From the NCBI GenBank assembly GCA_964016885.1, contig OZ024744.1, positions 105,338,001 through 105,402,000 of the forward strand: a stretch of 64,000 nt of DNA, written 5' to 3'. Positions 26,322-40,600 of the stretch are shown in pieces. The position numbers and the translations under genes were made by a program. The notes below the pieces were generated by a model. It made no database searches and had not been told where the DNA came from. It was given only the letters and a program-made list of their open reading frames with translations. This DNA is from Eledone cirrhosa (lineage: Eukaryota). Each line of letters begins with the position of its first letter. Position 1 is the stretch's first letter.

Positions 26322-29300
26322 TCTGTGTGTACGGTTGTATGCCGTCTATGACTAGTCTGTGTCTACGGTTGTATGCCGTCTATGACTAGTCTGTGTCTAC
26401 GGTTGTATGCCGTCTATGACTAGTCTGTGTCTACAGTTGTATGCCGTCTATGACTAGTCTGTGTCTACGGTTGTATGCCGTCTATGACTAGTCTGTGTCT
26501 ACAGTTTTATGCCGTCTCTGACTAGTCTGTCTCTACGGTTGTATGCCGTCTATGACTGGTCTGTGTCTACGGTTGTATGCCGTCTATGACTAGTCTGTGT
26601 CTACAGTTGTATGCCGTCTATGACTAGTCTGTGTCTACGGTTGTATGCCGTCTATGACTAGTCTGTGTCTACAGTTGTATGCCGTCTTTGACTAGTCTGT
26701 GTCTACGGTTGTATGCCATCTATGACTAGTCTGTGTCTACGGTTGTATGCCGTCTATGACTAGTCTGAGTCTACGGTTGTATGCAGTCTATGACTAGTCT
26801 GTGTCTACAGTTGTATGCCGTTTATGACTAGTCTGTGTGTACGGTTGTATGCCGTCTATGACTAGTCTGTGTCTACAGTTGTATGCCGTCTATGACTAGT
26901 CTGTGTCTACAGTTGTATACCGTCTATGACTAGTCTGTGTCTACGGTTGTATGCCGTCTATGACTAGTGTGTGTCTACAGTTGTATGCCGTCTATGACTA
27001 GTCTGTGTCTACAGTTGTATGCCGTCTATGACTAGTCTGTGTCTACGGTTGTATGCCGTCTATGACTAGTCTGTGTCTACGGTTGTATGCCGTCTATGAC
27101 TATTCTGTGTCAACGGTTGTATGCCGTCTATGACTAGTCTGTGTGTACGGTTGTATGCAGTCTATGACTAGTCTGTGTCTACTGTTGTATGCCGTCTGTG
27201 ACTAGTCTGTGTGTACGGTTGTATGCAGTCTATGACTAGTCTGTGTCTACGGTTGTATGCCGTCTATGGCTAGTCTGTGTGTACGGTTGTATGCCGTCTA
27301 TGACTAGTCTGTGTCTACAGTTGTATGCCGTCTATGACTAGTCTGTGTCTACAGTTGTATGCCGTCTATGACTAGTCTGTGTCTACGGTTGTATGCCGTC
27401 TATGACTAGTCTGTGTCTACAGTTGTATGCCGTCTATGACTAGTTTGTGTCTACTGTTGTATACCGTCTATGACTAGTCTGTGTCTACGGTTGTATGCAG
27501 TCTATGACTAGTCTGTGTCTACGGTTGTATGCCGTCTATGACTAGTCTGTGTCTACGGTTGTATGTCGTCTATGACTAGTCAGTGTCTACAGTTGTATGC
27601 CGTCTATGACTAGTCTGTGTCTTCGGTTGTATGCCGTCTATGACTAGTCTGTCTACGGTTGTATGCCGTCTATGACTAGTCTGTGTCTACAGTTGTATGC
27701 CGTCTATGACTAGTCTGTGTCTACGGTTGTATGCCGTCTATGACTATTCTGTGTCTATGGTTGAATGCCGTCTATGACTAGTCTGTGTCTACGGTTGTAT
27801 GCCGTTATGACTAGTCTGATCCACGGTTGTATGCCGTCTATGACTAGTCTGATCCACGGTTGTATGCCGTCTATGACTAGTCTGTGTCTACGGTTGTATA
27901 CCGTCTTTGACTAGTCTGTGTCTACGGTTGTATGCAGTATATGACTAGTCTGTGTGTTCGGTTGTATGCCGTCTATGACTAGTCTGAGTCTACGGTTGTA
28001 TGCAGTCTATGACTAGTCTGTGTCTACAGTTGTATGCCGTTTATGACTAGTCTGTGTGTACGGTTGTATGCCGTCTATGACTAGTCTGTGTCTACAGTTG
28101 TATGCCGTCTATGACTAGTCTGTGTCTAGAGTTGTATACCGTCTATGACTTGTCTATGTCTACAGTTGTATGCCGTCTATGACTAGTCTGTGTCTACGGT
28201 TGTATGCCGTCTATGACTAGTCTGTGTCTACGGTTGTATGCCGTCTATGACTAGTCTGTGTCTACGGTTGTATGCTGTCTATGACTAGTCTGTGTCTACT
28301 GCTGTATGCAGTCTATGACTAGTCTGTGTCTACGGTTGTATGCCGTCTATGACTAGTCTGTTTGTACGGTTGTATGCCGTCTATGACTAGTCTTTGTGTA
28401 CGGTTGTATGCCGTCTATGACTAGTCTGTGTGTACGGTTGAATGCCGTCTATGACTAGTCTGTGTCTACGGTTGTATGCCGTCTATGACTAGTCTGTGTG
28501 TACGGTTGTATGCCGTCTATGACTAGTCTGTGTCTACGGTTGTATGCCGTCTATGACTAGTCTGATCCACGTTTGTATGCCGTCTATGACTAGTCTGATC
28601 CACGGTTGTATGCCGTCTATGACTAGTCTGTGTCTACGGTTGTATGCAGTCTATGACTAGTCAGTGTCTACGGTTGTATGGCGTCTATGACTAGTCTGTG
28701 TCTACGGTTGTATGCCATCTATGACTAGTCTGTGTCAACAGTTGTATACTGTCTATGACTAGTCTGTGTCTACGGTTGTATGCCGTCTATGACTAGTCTG
28801 TGTGTACGGTTGTATGCCGTCTATGACTAGTCTGTGTGTACGGTTGTATGCCGTCTATGACTAGTCTGTGTTTACGGTTGTATGCCGTCTATAACTAGTC
28901 TGTGTGTACGGTTGTATGCCGTCTATGACTAGTCTGAGTCTACGGTTGTATGCCGTCTATGACTAGTCTGTGTGTACGGTTCTATGCCGTCTATGACTAG
29001 TCTGTGTCTAGGGTTGTATGCAGTCTATGACTAGACTGTGTGTACGGTTGTATGCCGTCTATGACTAGTCTGTGTATACGGTTGTATGCCGTCTATGACT
29101 AGTCTGTGTCTACGGTTGTATGCCGTCTATGACTAGTCTGTGTCTACAGTTGTATGCCGTCTATGACTAGTCTGTGTCTACGGTTGTATGCCGTCTATGA
29201 CTAGTCTGTGTCTACAGTTGTATGCCGTCTCTAACTAGTCTGTGTCTACGGTTGTATGCCGTCTATGACTAGTCTGTGTCTACGGTTGTATGCCGTCTAT

Positions 29301-32300
29301 GACTAGTCTGTGTCTACGGTTGTATGCCGTCTATGACTAGTCTGTGTCTACAGTTGTATGCCGTCTATGACTAGTCTGTGTCTACGGTTGTATGCCGTCT
29401 ATGACTAGTCTGTAGTCTACAGATTTATGCCGTCTCTGACTAGTCTGTGTCTACGGTTGTATGCCGTCTATGCCTGGTCTGTGTCTACGGTTGTATGCCG
29501 TCTATGACTAGTCTGTGTCTACAGTTGTATGCCGTCTATGACTAGTCTGTGTCTACGGTTGTATGCTGTCTATGACTAGTCTGTGTCTACTGCTGTATGC
29601 AGTCTATGACTAGTCTGTGTCTACGGTTGTATGCAGGCTATGACTAGTCTGTGTCTACGGTTGTATGCCGTCTATGACTAGTCTGTGTGTACGGTTGTAT
29701 GCCGTCTATGACTAGTCTTTGTGTACGGTTGTATGCCGTCTATGACTAGTCTGTGTCTACGGTTGTATGCCGTCTATGACTAGTCTGTGTGTACGGTTGT
29801 ATGCCGTCTATGACTAGTCTGTATCTACGGTTGTATGCCGTCTATGACTAGTCTGTGTGTACGGTTGTATGCCGTCTATGACTAGTCTGTGTGTACGGTT
29901 GTATGCCGTCTATGACTAGTCTGAGTCTACGGTTGTATGCCGTCTATGACTAGTCTGTGTGTACGGTTCTATGCCGTCTATGACTAGTCTGTGTCTAGGG
30001 TTGTATGCCGTCTATGACTAGTCTGTGTGTACGGTTGTATGCCGTCTATGACTAGTCTGTGTATACGGTTGTATGCCGTCTATGACTAGTCTGTGTCTAC
30101 GGTTGTATGCCGTCTATGACTAGTCTGTGTCTACAGTTGTATGCCGTCTATGACTAGTCTGTGTCTACGGTTTTATGCCGTCTATGACTAGTCTGTGTCT
30201 ACAGTTGTATGCCTTCTCTGACTAGTCTGTGTCTACGGTTGTATGCCGTCTATGACTAGTCTGTGTCTACGGTTGTATGCCGTCTATGACTAGTCTGTGT
30301 CTACGGTTGTATGCCGTCTATGACTAGTCTGTGTCTACAGTTGTATGCCGTCTATGACTAGTCTGTGTCTACGGTTGTATGCCGTCTATGACTAGTCTGT
30401 GTCTACAGTTTTATGCCGTCTCTGACTAGTCTGTCTCTACGGTTGTATACCGTCTATGACTGGTCTGTGTCTACGGTTGTATGCCGTCTATGACTAGTCT
30501 GTGTCTACAGTTGTATGCCGTCTATGACTAGTCTGTGTCTACGGTTGTATGCCGTCTATGACTAGTCTGTGTCTACAGTTGTATGCCGTCTATGACTAGT
30601 CTGAGTCTACGGTTGTATGCCGTCTATGACTAGTCTGTGTGTACGGTTGTATGCCGTCTATGACTAGTCTGAGTCTACGGTTGTATGCCGTCTATGACTA
30701 GTCTGTGTGTACGGTTCTATGCCGTCTATGACTAGTCTGTGTCTAGGGTTGTATGCAGTCTATGACTAGTCTGTGTGTACGGTTGTATGCCGTCTATGAC
30801 TAGTCTGTGTATACGGTTGTATGCCGTCTATGACTAGTCTGTGTCTACGGTTGTATGCCGTCTATGACTAGTCTGTGTCTACAGTTGTATGCCGTCTATG
30901 ACTAGTCTGTGTCTACAGTTGTATGCCGTCTATGACTAGTCTGTGTCTACGGTTGTATGCCGTCTATGACTAGTCTGTGTCTACAGTTGTATGCCGTCTA
31001 TGACTAGTCTGTGTGTACGGTTGTATGCCGTCTATGACTAGTCTGTGTGTACGGTTGTATGCCGTCTATGACTAGTCTGAGTCTACGGTTGTATGCCGTC
31101 TATGACTAGTCTGTGTGTACGGTTCTATGCCGTCTATGACTAGTCTGTGTCTAGGGTTGTATGCCGTCTATGACTAGTCTGTGTGTACGGTTGTATGCCG
31201 TCTATGACTAGTCTGTGTCTACGGTTGTATGCCGTCTATGACTAGTCTGTGTCTACGGTTGTATGCCGTCTATGACTAGTCTGTGTCTACAGTTGTATGC
31301 CGTCTATGACTAGTCTGTGTCTACGGTTGTATGCCGTCTATGACTAGTCTGTGTCTACAGTTTTATGCCGTCTCTGACTAGTCTGTCTCTACGGTTGTAT
31401 GCCGTCTATGACTGGTCTGTGTCTACGGTTGTATGCCGTCTATGACTAGTCTGTGTCTACAGTTGTATGCCGTCTATGACTAGTCTGTGTCTACGGTTGT
31501 ATGCCGTCTATGACTAGTCTGTGTCTACAGTTGTATGCCGTCTTTGACTAGTCTGTGTCTACGGTTGTATGCCATCTATGACTAGTCTGTGTCTACGGTT
31601 GTATGCCGTCTATGACTAGTCTGAGTCTACGGTTGTATGCAGTCTATGACTAGTCTGTGTCTACAGTTGTATGCCGTTTATGACTAGTCTGTGTGTACGG
31701 TTGTATGCCGTCTATGACTAGTCTGTGTCTACAGTTGTATGCCGTCTATGACTAGTCTGTGTCTACAGTTGTATACCGTCTATGACTAGTCTGTGTCTAC
31801 GGTTGTATGCCGTCTATGACTAGTGTGTGTCTACAGTTGTATGCCGTCTATGACTAGTCTGTGTCTACAGTTGTATGCCGTCTATGACTAGTCTGTGTCT
31901 ACGGTTGTATGCCGTCTATGACTAGTCTGTGTCTACGGTTGTATGCCGTCTATGACTATTCTGTGTCAACGGTTGTATGCCGTCTATGACTAGTCTGTGT
32001 GTACGGTTGTATGCAGTCTATGACTAGTCTGTGTCTACTGTTGTATGCCGTCTGTGACTAGTCTGTGTGTACGGTTGTATGCAGTCTATGACTAGTCTGT
32101 GTCTACGGTTGTATGCCGTCTATGGCTAGTCTGTGTGTACGGTTGTATGCCGTCTATGACTAGTCTGTGTCTACAGTTGTATGCCGTCTATGACTAGTCT
32201 GTGTCTACAGTTGTATGCCGTCTATGACTAGTCTGTGTCTACGGTTGTATGCCGTCTATGACTAGTCTGTGTCTACAGTTGTATGCCGTCTATGACTAGT

Positions 32301-35300
32301 TTGTGTCTACTGTTGTATACCGTCTATGACTAGTCTGTGTCTACGGTTGTATGCAGTCTATGACTAGTCTGTGTCTACGGTTGTATGCCGTCTATGACTA
32401 GTCTGTGTCTACGGTTGTATGTCGTCTATGACTAGTCAGTGTCTACAGTTGTATGCCGTCTATGACTAGTCTGTGTCTTCGGTTGTATGCCGTCTATGAC
32501 TAGTCTGTCTACGGTTGTATGCCGTCTATGACTAGTCTGTGTCTACAGTTGTATGCCGTCTATGACTAGTCTGTGTCTACGGTTGTATGCCGTCTATGAC
32601 TATTCTGTGTCTATGGTTGAATGCCGTCTATGACTAGTCTGTGTCTACGGTTGTATGCCGTTATGACTAGTCTGATCCACGGTTGTATGCCGTCTATGAC
32701 TAGTCTGATCCACGGTTGTATGCCGTCTATGACTAGTCTGTGTCTACGGTTGTATACCGTCTATGACTAGTCTGTGTCTACGGTTGTATGCAGTATATGA
32801 CTAGTCTGTGTGTTCGGTTGTATGCCGTCTATGACTAGTCTGAGTCTACGGTTGTATGCAGTCTATGACTAGTCTGTGTCTACAGTTGTATGCCGTTTAT
32901 GACTAGTCTGTGTGTACGGTTGTATGCCGTCTATGACTAGTCTGTGTCTACAGTTGTATGCCGTCTATGACTAGTCTGTGTCTAGAGTTGTATACCGTCT
33001 ATGACTTGTCTATGTCTACAGTTGTATGCCGTCTATGACTAGTCTGTGTCTACGGTTGTATGCCGTCTATGACTAGTCTGTGTCTACGGTTGTATGCCGT
33101 CTATGACTAGTCTGTGTCTACGGTTGTATGCTGTCTATGACTAGTCTGTGTCTACTGCTGTATGCAGTCTATGACTAGTCTGTGTCTACGGTTGTATGCC
33201 GTCTATGACTAGTCTGTTTGTACGGTTGTATGCCGTCTATGACTAGTCTTTGTGTACGGTTGTATGCCGTCTATGACTAGTCTGTGTGTACGGTTGAATG
33301 CCGTCTATGACTAGTCTGTGTCTACGGTTGTATGCCGTCTATGACTAGTCTGTGTGTACGGTTGTATGCCGTCTATGACTAGTCTGTGTCTACGGTTGTA
33401 TGCCGTCTTTGACTAGTCTGATCCACGGTTGTATGCCGTCTATGACTAGTCTGATCCACGGTTGTATGCCGTCTATGACTAGTCTGTGTCTACGGTTGTA
33501 TGCAGTCTATGACTAGTCAGTGTCTACGGTTGTATGGCGTCTATGACTAGTCTGTGTCTACGGTTGTATGCCATCTATGACTAGTCTGTGTCAACAGTTG
33601 TATACTGTCTATGACTAGTCTGTGTCTACGGTTGTATGCCGTCTATGACTAGTCTGTGTGTACGGTTGTATGCCGTCTATGACTAGTCTGTGTGTACGGT
33701 TGTATGCCGTCTATGACTAGTCTGTGTGTACGGTTGTATGCCGTCTATAACTAGTCTGTGTGTACGGTTGTATGCCGTCTATGACTAGTCTGAGTCTACG
33801 GTTGTATGCCGTCTATGACTAGTCTGTGTGTACGGTTCTATTCCGTCTATGACTAGTCTGTGTCTAGGGTTGTATGCAGTCTATGACTAGATTGTGTGTA
33901 CGGTTGTATGCCGTCTATGACTAGTCTGTGTATACGGTTGTATGCCGTCTATGACTAGTCTGTGTCTACGGTTGTATGCCGTCTATGACTAGTCTGTGTC
34001 TACAGTTGTATGCCGTCTATGACTAGTCTGTGTCTACGGTTGTATGCCGTCTATGACTAGTCTGTGTCTACAGTTGTATGCCGTCTCTAACTAGTCTGTG
34101 TCTACGGTTGTATGCCGTCTATGACTAGTCTGTGTCTACGGTTGTATGCCGTCTATGACTAGTCTGTGTCTACGGTTGTATGCCGTCTATGACTAGTCTG
34201 TGTCTACAGTTGTATGCCGTCTATGACTAGTCTGTGTCTACGGTTGTATGCCGTCTATGACTAGTCTGTAGTCTACAGATTTATGCCGTCTCTGACTAGT
34301 CTGTGTCTACGGTTGTATGCCGTCTATGCCTGGTCTGTGTCTACGGTTGTATGCCGTCTATGACTAGTCTGTGTCTACAGTTGTATGCCGTCTATGACTA
34401 GTCTGTGTCTACGGTTGTATGCTGTCTATGACTAGTCTGTGTCTACTGCTGTATGCAGTCTATGACTAGTCTGTGTCTACGGTTGTATGCAGGCTATGAC
34501 TAGTCTGTGTCTACGGTTGTATGCCGTCTATGACTAGTCTGTGTGTACGGTTGTATGCCGTCTATGACTAGTCTTTGTGTACGGTTGTATGCCGTCTATG
34601 ACTAGTCTGTGTCTACGGTTGTATGCCGTCTATGACTAGTCTGTGTGTACGGTTGTATGCCGTCTATGACTAGTCTGTATCTACGGTTGTATGCCGTCTA
34701 TGACTAGTCTGTGTGTACGGTTGTATGCCGTCTATGACTAGACTGTGTGTACGGTTGTATGCCGTCTATGACTAGTCTGAGTCTACGGTTGTATGCCGTC
34801 TATGACTAGTCTGTGTGTACGGTTCTATGCCGTCTATGACTAGTCTGTGTCTAGGGTTGTATGCCGTCTATGACTAGTCTGTGTGTACGGTTGTATGCCG
34901 TCTATGACTAGTCTGTGTATACGGTTGTATGCCGTCTATGACTAGTCTGTGTCTACGGTTGTATGCCGTCTATGACTAGTCTGTGTCTACAGTTGTATGC
35001 CGTCTATGACTAGTCTGTGTCTACGGTTTTATGCCGTCTATGACTAGTCTGTGTCTACAGTTGTATGCCTTCTCTGACTAGTCTGTCTCTACGGTTGTAT
35101 GCCGTCTATGACTAGTCTGTGTCTACGGTTGTATGCCGTCTATGACTAGTCTGTGTCTACGGTTGTATGCCGTCTATGACTAGTCTGTGTCTACAGTTGT
35201 ATGCCGTCTATGACTAGTCTGTGTCTACAGTTGTATGCCGTCTATGACTAGTCTGTGTCTACAGTTTTATGCCGTCTCTGACTAGTCTGTGTCTACGGTT

Positions 35301-35400
35301 GTATGCCGTCTATGACTGGTCTGTGTCTACGGTTGTATGCCGTCTATGACTAGTCTGTGTCTGCAGTTGTATGCCGTCTATGACTAGTCTGTGTCTACGG
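26322..35400 (+). repeat. Near-tandem duplication with 4,856-bp offset (~26322-30550 vs ~31178-35400)
   Basis: Markers at a constant 4856 offset: GTATGTCGTC...TCAGT at 27561/32417, TGTGTCTAGAGTT at 28121/32977, the 1-bp insertion TGTAGTCTAC at 29411/34267, and GCCTTCTCTG at 30211/35067. Confidence 0.9.
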
Positions 35401-37609
35401 TTGTATGCCATCTATGACTAGTCTGTGTCTACGGTTGTATGCCGTCTATGACTAGTCTGAGTCTACGGTTGTATGCAGTCTATGACTAGTCAGTGTCTAC
35501 AGTTGTATGCCGTTTATGACTAGTCTGTGTGTACGGTTGTATGCCGTCTATGACTAGTCTGTGTCTACAGTTGTATGCCGTCTATGACTAGTCTGTGTCT
35601 ACAGTTGTATACCGTCTATGACTTGTCTATGTCTACAGTTGTATGCCGTCTATGACTAGTCTGTGTCTACGGTTGTATGCCGTCTATGACTAGTCTGTGT
35701 CTACGGTCGTATGCCGTCTATGACTAGTCTGTGTCTACGGTTGTATGCTGTCTATGACTAGTCTGTGTCTACTGCTGTATGCAGTCTATGACTAGTCTGT
35801 GTCTACGGTTGTATGCAGGCTATGACTAGTCTGTGTCTACTGTTGTATGCCGTCTATGACTAGTCTGTGTGTACGGTTGTATGCCGTCTATGACTAGTCT
35901 TTGTGTACGGTTGTATGCCGTCTATGACTAGTCTGTGTCTACAGTTGTATGCCTTCTCTGACTAGTCTGTCTCTACGGTTGTATGCCGTCTATGACTAGT
36001 CTGTGTCTACGGTTGTATGCCGTCTATGACTAGTCTGTGTGTACGGTTGAATGCCGTCTATGACTAGTCTGTGTCTACGGTTGTATGCCGTCTATGACTA
36101 GTCTGTGTGTACGGTTGTATGCCGTCTATGACTAGTCTGTGTCTACGGTTGTATGCCGTCTATGACTAGTCTGTGTCTACGGTTGTATGCCGTCTATGAC
36201 TAGTCTGATCCACGGTTGTATGCCCTCTATGACTAGTCTGTGTCTACGGTTGTATGCAGTCTATGACTAGTCAGTGTCTACGGTTGTATGGCGTCTATGA
36301 CTAGTCTGTGTCTACGGTTGTATGCCATCTATGACTAGTCTGTGTCTACAGTTGTATGCCATCTATGACTAGTCTGTGTCAACAGTTGTATACCGTCTAT
36401 GACTAGTCTGTGTCTACGGTTGTATGCCGTCTATGACTAGTCTGAGTCTACGGTTGTATGCCGTCTATGACTAGTCTGTATGTACGGTTCTATGCTGTCT
36501 ATGACTGGTCTGTGTCTAGGGTTGTATGCCGTCTATGACTAGTCTGTGTGTACGGTTGTATGCCGTCTATGACTAGTCTGTGTATACGGTTGTATGCCGT
36601 CTATGACTAGTCTGTGTCTACGGTTGTAGGCCGTCTATGACTAGTCTGTGTGTACGGTTGTATGCAATCTATGACTAGTCTTTGTGTACGGTTGTATGCC
36701 GTCTATGACTAGTCTGTGTGTACGGTTGAATGCCGTCTATGACTAGTCTGTGTCTATGGTTGTATGCCGTCTATGACTAGTCTGTGTGTACGGTTGTATG
36801 CCGTCTATGACTAGTCTGTGTCTACGGTTGTATGCCGTCTATGACTAGTCTGATCCACGGTTGTATGCCGTCTATGACTAGTCTGATCCACGGTTGTATG
36901 CCCTCTATGACTAGTCTGTGTCTACGGTTGTATGCAGTCTATGACTAGTCAGTGTCTACGGTTGTATGGCGTCTATGACTAGTCTGTGTCTACGGTTGTA
37001 TGCCATCTATGACTAGTCTGTGTCTACAGTTGTATGCCATCTATGACTAGTCTGTGTCAACAGTTGTATACCGTCTATGACTAGTCTGTGTCTACGGTTG
37101 TATGCCGTCTATGACTAGTCTGTGTGTACGGTTGTATGCCGTCTATGACTAGTCTATGTGTACGGTTGTATGCCGTCTATGACTAGTCTGTGTGTACGGT
37201 TGTATGCCGTCTATGACTAGTCTGTGTGTACGGTTGTATGCCGTCTATGACTAGTGTGAGTCTACGGTTGTATGCCGTCTATGACTAGTCTGTATGTACG
37301 GTTCTATGCCGTCTATGACTAGTCTGTGTCTAGGGTTGTATGCCGTCTATGACTAGTCTGTGTGTACGGTTGTATGCCGTCTATGACTAGTCTGTGTATA
37401 CGGTTGTATGCCGTCTATGACTAGTCTGTGTCTACGGTTGTAGGCCGTCTATGACTAGTCTGTGTCTACAGTTGTATGCCCTCTATGACTAGTCTGTGTC
37501 TACGGTTGTATGCCGTCTATGACTAGTCTGTGTCTACAGTTGTATGCCGTCTCTGACTAGTCTGTGTCTACGGTTGTATGCCGTCTATGACTAGTCTGTG
37601 TCTAAGGAT

Positions 37610-40600
37610 GTATGCCGTCTATGACTAGTCTGTGTCTACGGTTGTATGCCGTCTATGACTAGTCTGTGTCTACAGTTGTATGCCGTCTATGACTAGTCTG
37701 TGTCTACGGTTGTATGCCGTCTATGACTAGTCTGCGTCTACAGTTTTATGCCGTCTCTGACTAGTCTGTGTCTACGGTTGTATGCCGTCTATGACTGGTC
37801 TGTGTCTACGGTTGTATGCCGTCTATGACTAGTCTGTGTCTACAGTTGTATGCCGTCTATGACTAGTCTGTGTCTACGGTTGTATGCCGTCTATGACTAG
37901 TCTGTGTCTACAGTTGTATGCCGTCTCTGACTAGTCTGTGTCTACGGTTGTATGCCATCTATGACTAGTCTGTGTCTACGGTTGTATGCCGTCTATGACT
38001 AGTCTGTGTCTACGGTTGTATGCAGTCTATGACTAGTCTGTGTCTACGGTTGTATGCCGTATATGACTAGTCTGTGTCTACGGTTGTATGCCGTCTATGA
38101 CTAGTCTGTGTCTACGGTTGTATGCCGTATATGACTAGTCTGTGTGTACGGTTGTATGCCATCGATGACTAGCCTGTGTGTACGGTTGTATGCCGTCTAT
38201 GACTAGTCTGTGTCTACGGTTGTATGCCGTCTATGACTAATCTGTGTGTACGGTTGTATGCAGTCTATGACTAGTCTGTGTCTACGGTTGTATGCCGTCT
38301 ATGACTAGTCTGTGTCTACGGTTGTATTCAGTATAAGACTAGTCTGATCGACGGTTGTATGCCGTCTATGACTAGTCTGTGTCTTCGGTTGTATGCCGTC
38401 TATGACTAGTCTGTGTCTACAGTTGTATGCCGTCTATGACTAGACTGTGTCTACAGTTGTATGCCGTCTATGACTAGTCTGTGTCTACGGTTGTATGCCG
38501 TCTATGACTAGTCTGAGTCTACGGTTGTATGCCGTCTATGACTAGTCTGTGTCTACGGTTGTATGCCGTCTATGACTAGTCTGATCCACGGTTGTATGCC
38601 GTATATGACTAGTCTGTGTGTACGGTTGTATGCAGTCTATGACTAGTCTGTGTCCACGGTTGTATGCAGTCTATGATTAGTGTGATCCACGGTTGTATGC
38701 CGTCTATGACTAGTCTGATCCACGGTTGTATGCCGTCTATGACTAGTCTGTGTCTACGGTTGTATGCAGTCTATGACTAGTCAGTGTCTACGGTTGTATG
38801 GCGTCTATGACTAGTCTGTGTCTACAGTTGTATGCCATCTATGACTAGTCTGTGTCAACAGTTGTATACCGTCTATGACTAGTCTGTGTCTACGGTTGTA
38901 TGCCGTCTATGACTAGTCTGTGTGTACGGTTGTATGCCGTCTATGACTAGTCTGTGTGTACTGTTGTATGCCGTCTATGACTAGTCTGTGTGTACGGTTG
39001 TATGCCGTCTATGACTAGTCTGTGTCTACGGTTGTATGCCATCTATGACTAGTCTGTGTCTACAGTTGTATGCCATCTATGACTAGTCTGTGTCAACAGT
39101 TGTATACTGTCTATGACTAGTCTGTGTCTACGGTTGTATGCCGTCTATGACTAGTCTGTGTGTACGGTTGTATGCCGTCTATGACTAGTCTGTGTGTACG
39201 GTTGTATGCCGTCTATGACTAGTCTGTGTGTACGGTTGTATGCCGTCTATGACTAGTCTGAGTCTACGGTTGTATGCCGTCTATGACTAGTCTGTGTGTA
39301 CGGTTCTATGCCGTCTATGACTAGTCTGTGTCTAGGGTTGTATGCAGTCTATGACTAGTCTGTGTGTACGGTTGTATGCCGTCTATGACTAGTCTGTGTA
39401 TACGGTTGTATGCCGTCTATGACTAGTCTGTGTCTACGGTTGTATGCCGTCTATGACTAGTCTGTGTCTACAGTTGTATGCCGTCTATGACTAGTCTGTG
39501 TCTACGGTTGTATGCCGTCTATGACTAGTCTGTGTCTACAGTTGTATGCCGTCACTGACTAGTCTGTGTCTACGGTTGTATGCCGTCTATGACTAGTCTG
39601 TGTCTACGGTTGTATGCCGTCTATGACTAGTCTGTGTCTACGGTTGTATGCCGTCTATGACTAGTCGGTGTCTACAGATTTATGCCGTCTCTGACTAGTC
39701 TGTGTCTACGGTTGTATGCCGTCTATGCCTGGTCTGTGTCTACGGTTGTATGCCGTCTATGACTAGTCTGTGTCTACAGTTGTATGCCGTCTATGACTAG
39801 TCTGTGTCTACGGTTGTATGCTGTCTATGACTAGTCTGTGTCTACTGCTGTATGCAGTCTATGACTAGTCTGTGTCTACGGTTGTATGCAGGCTATGACT
39901 AGTCTGTGTCTACGGTTGTATGCCGTCTATGACTAGTCTGTGTGTACGGTTGTATGCCGTCTATGACTAGTCTTTGTGTACGGTTGTATGCCGTCTATGA
40001 CTAGTCTGTGTGTACGGTTGAATGCCGTCTATGACTAGTCTGTGTCTACGGTTGTATGCCGTCTATGACTAGTCTGTGTGTACGGTTGTATGCCGTCTAT
40101 GACTAGTCTGTGTCTACGGTTGTATGCCGTCTATGACTAGTCTGTGTGTATGGTTGTATGCCGTCTATGACTAGTCTGAGTCTACGGTTGTATGCCGTCT
40201 ATGACTAGTCTGTGTGTACGGTTCTATGCCGTCTATGACTAGTCTGTGTCTAGGGTTGTATGCCGTCTATGACTAGTCTGTGTGTACGGTTGTATGCCGT
40301 CTATGACTAGTCTGTGTATACGGTTGTATGCCGTCTATGACTAGTCTGTGTCTACGGTTGTATGCCGTCTATGACTAGTCTGTGTCTACAGTTGTATGCC
40401 GTCTATGACTAGTCTGTGTCTACGGTTTTATGCCGTCTATGACTAGTCTGTGTCTACAGTTGTATGCCTTCTCTGACTAGTCTGTGTCTACGGTTGTATG
40501 CCGTCTATGACTAGTCTGTGTCTACGGTTGTATGCCGTCTATGACTAGTCGGTGTCTACAGATTTATGCCGTCTCTGACTAGTCTGTGTCTACGGTTGTA

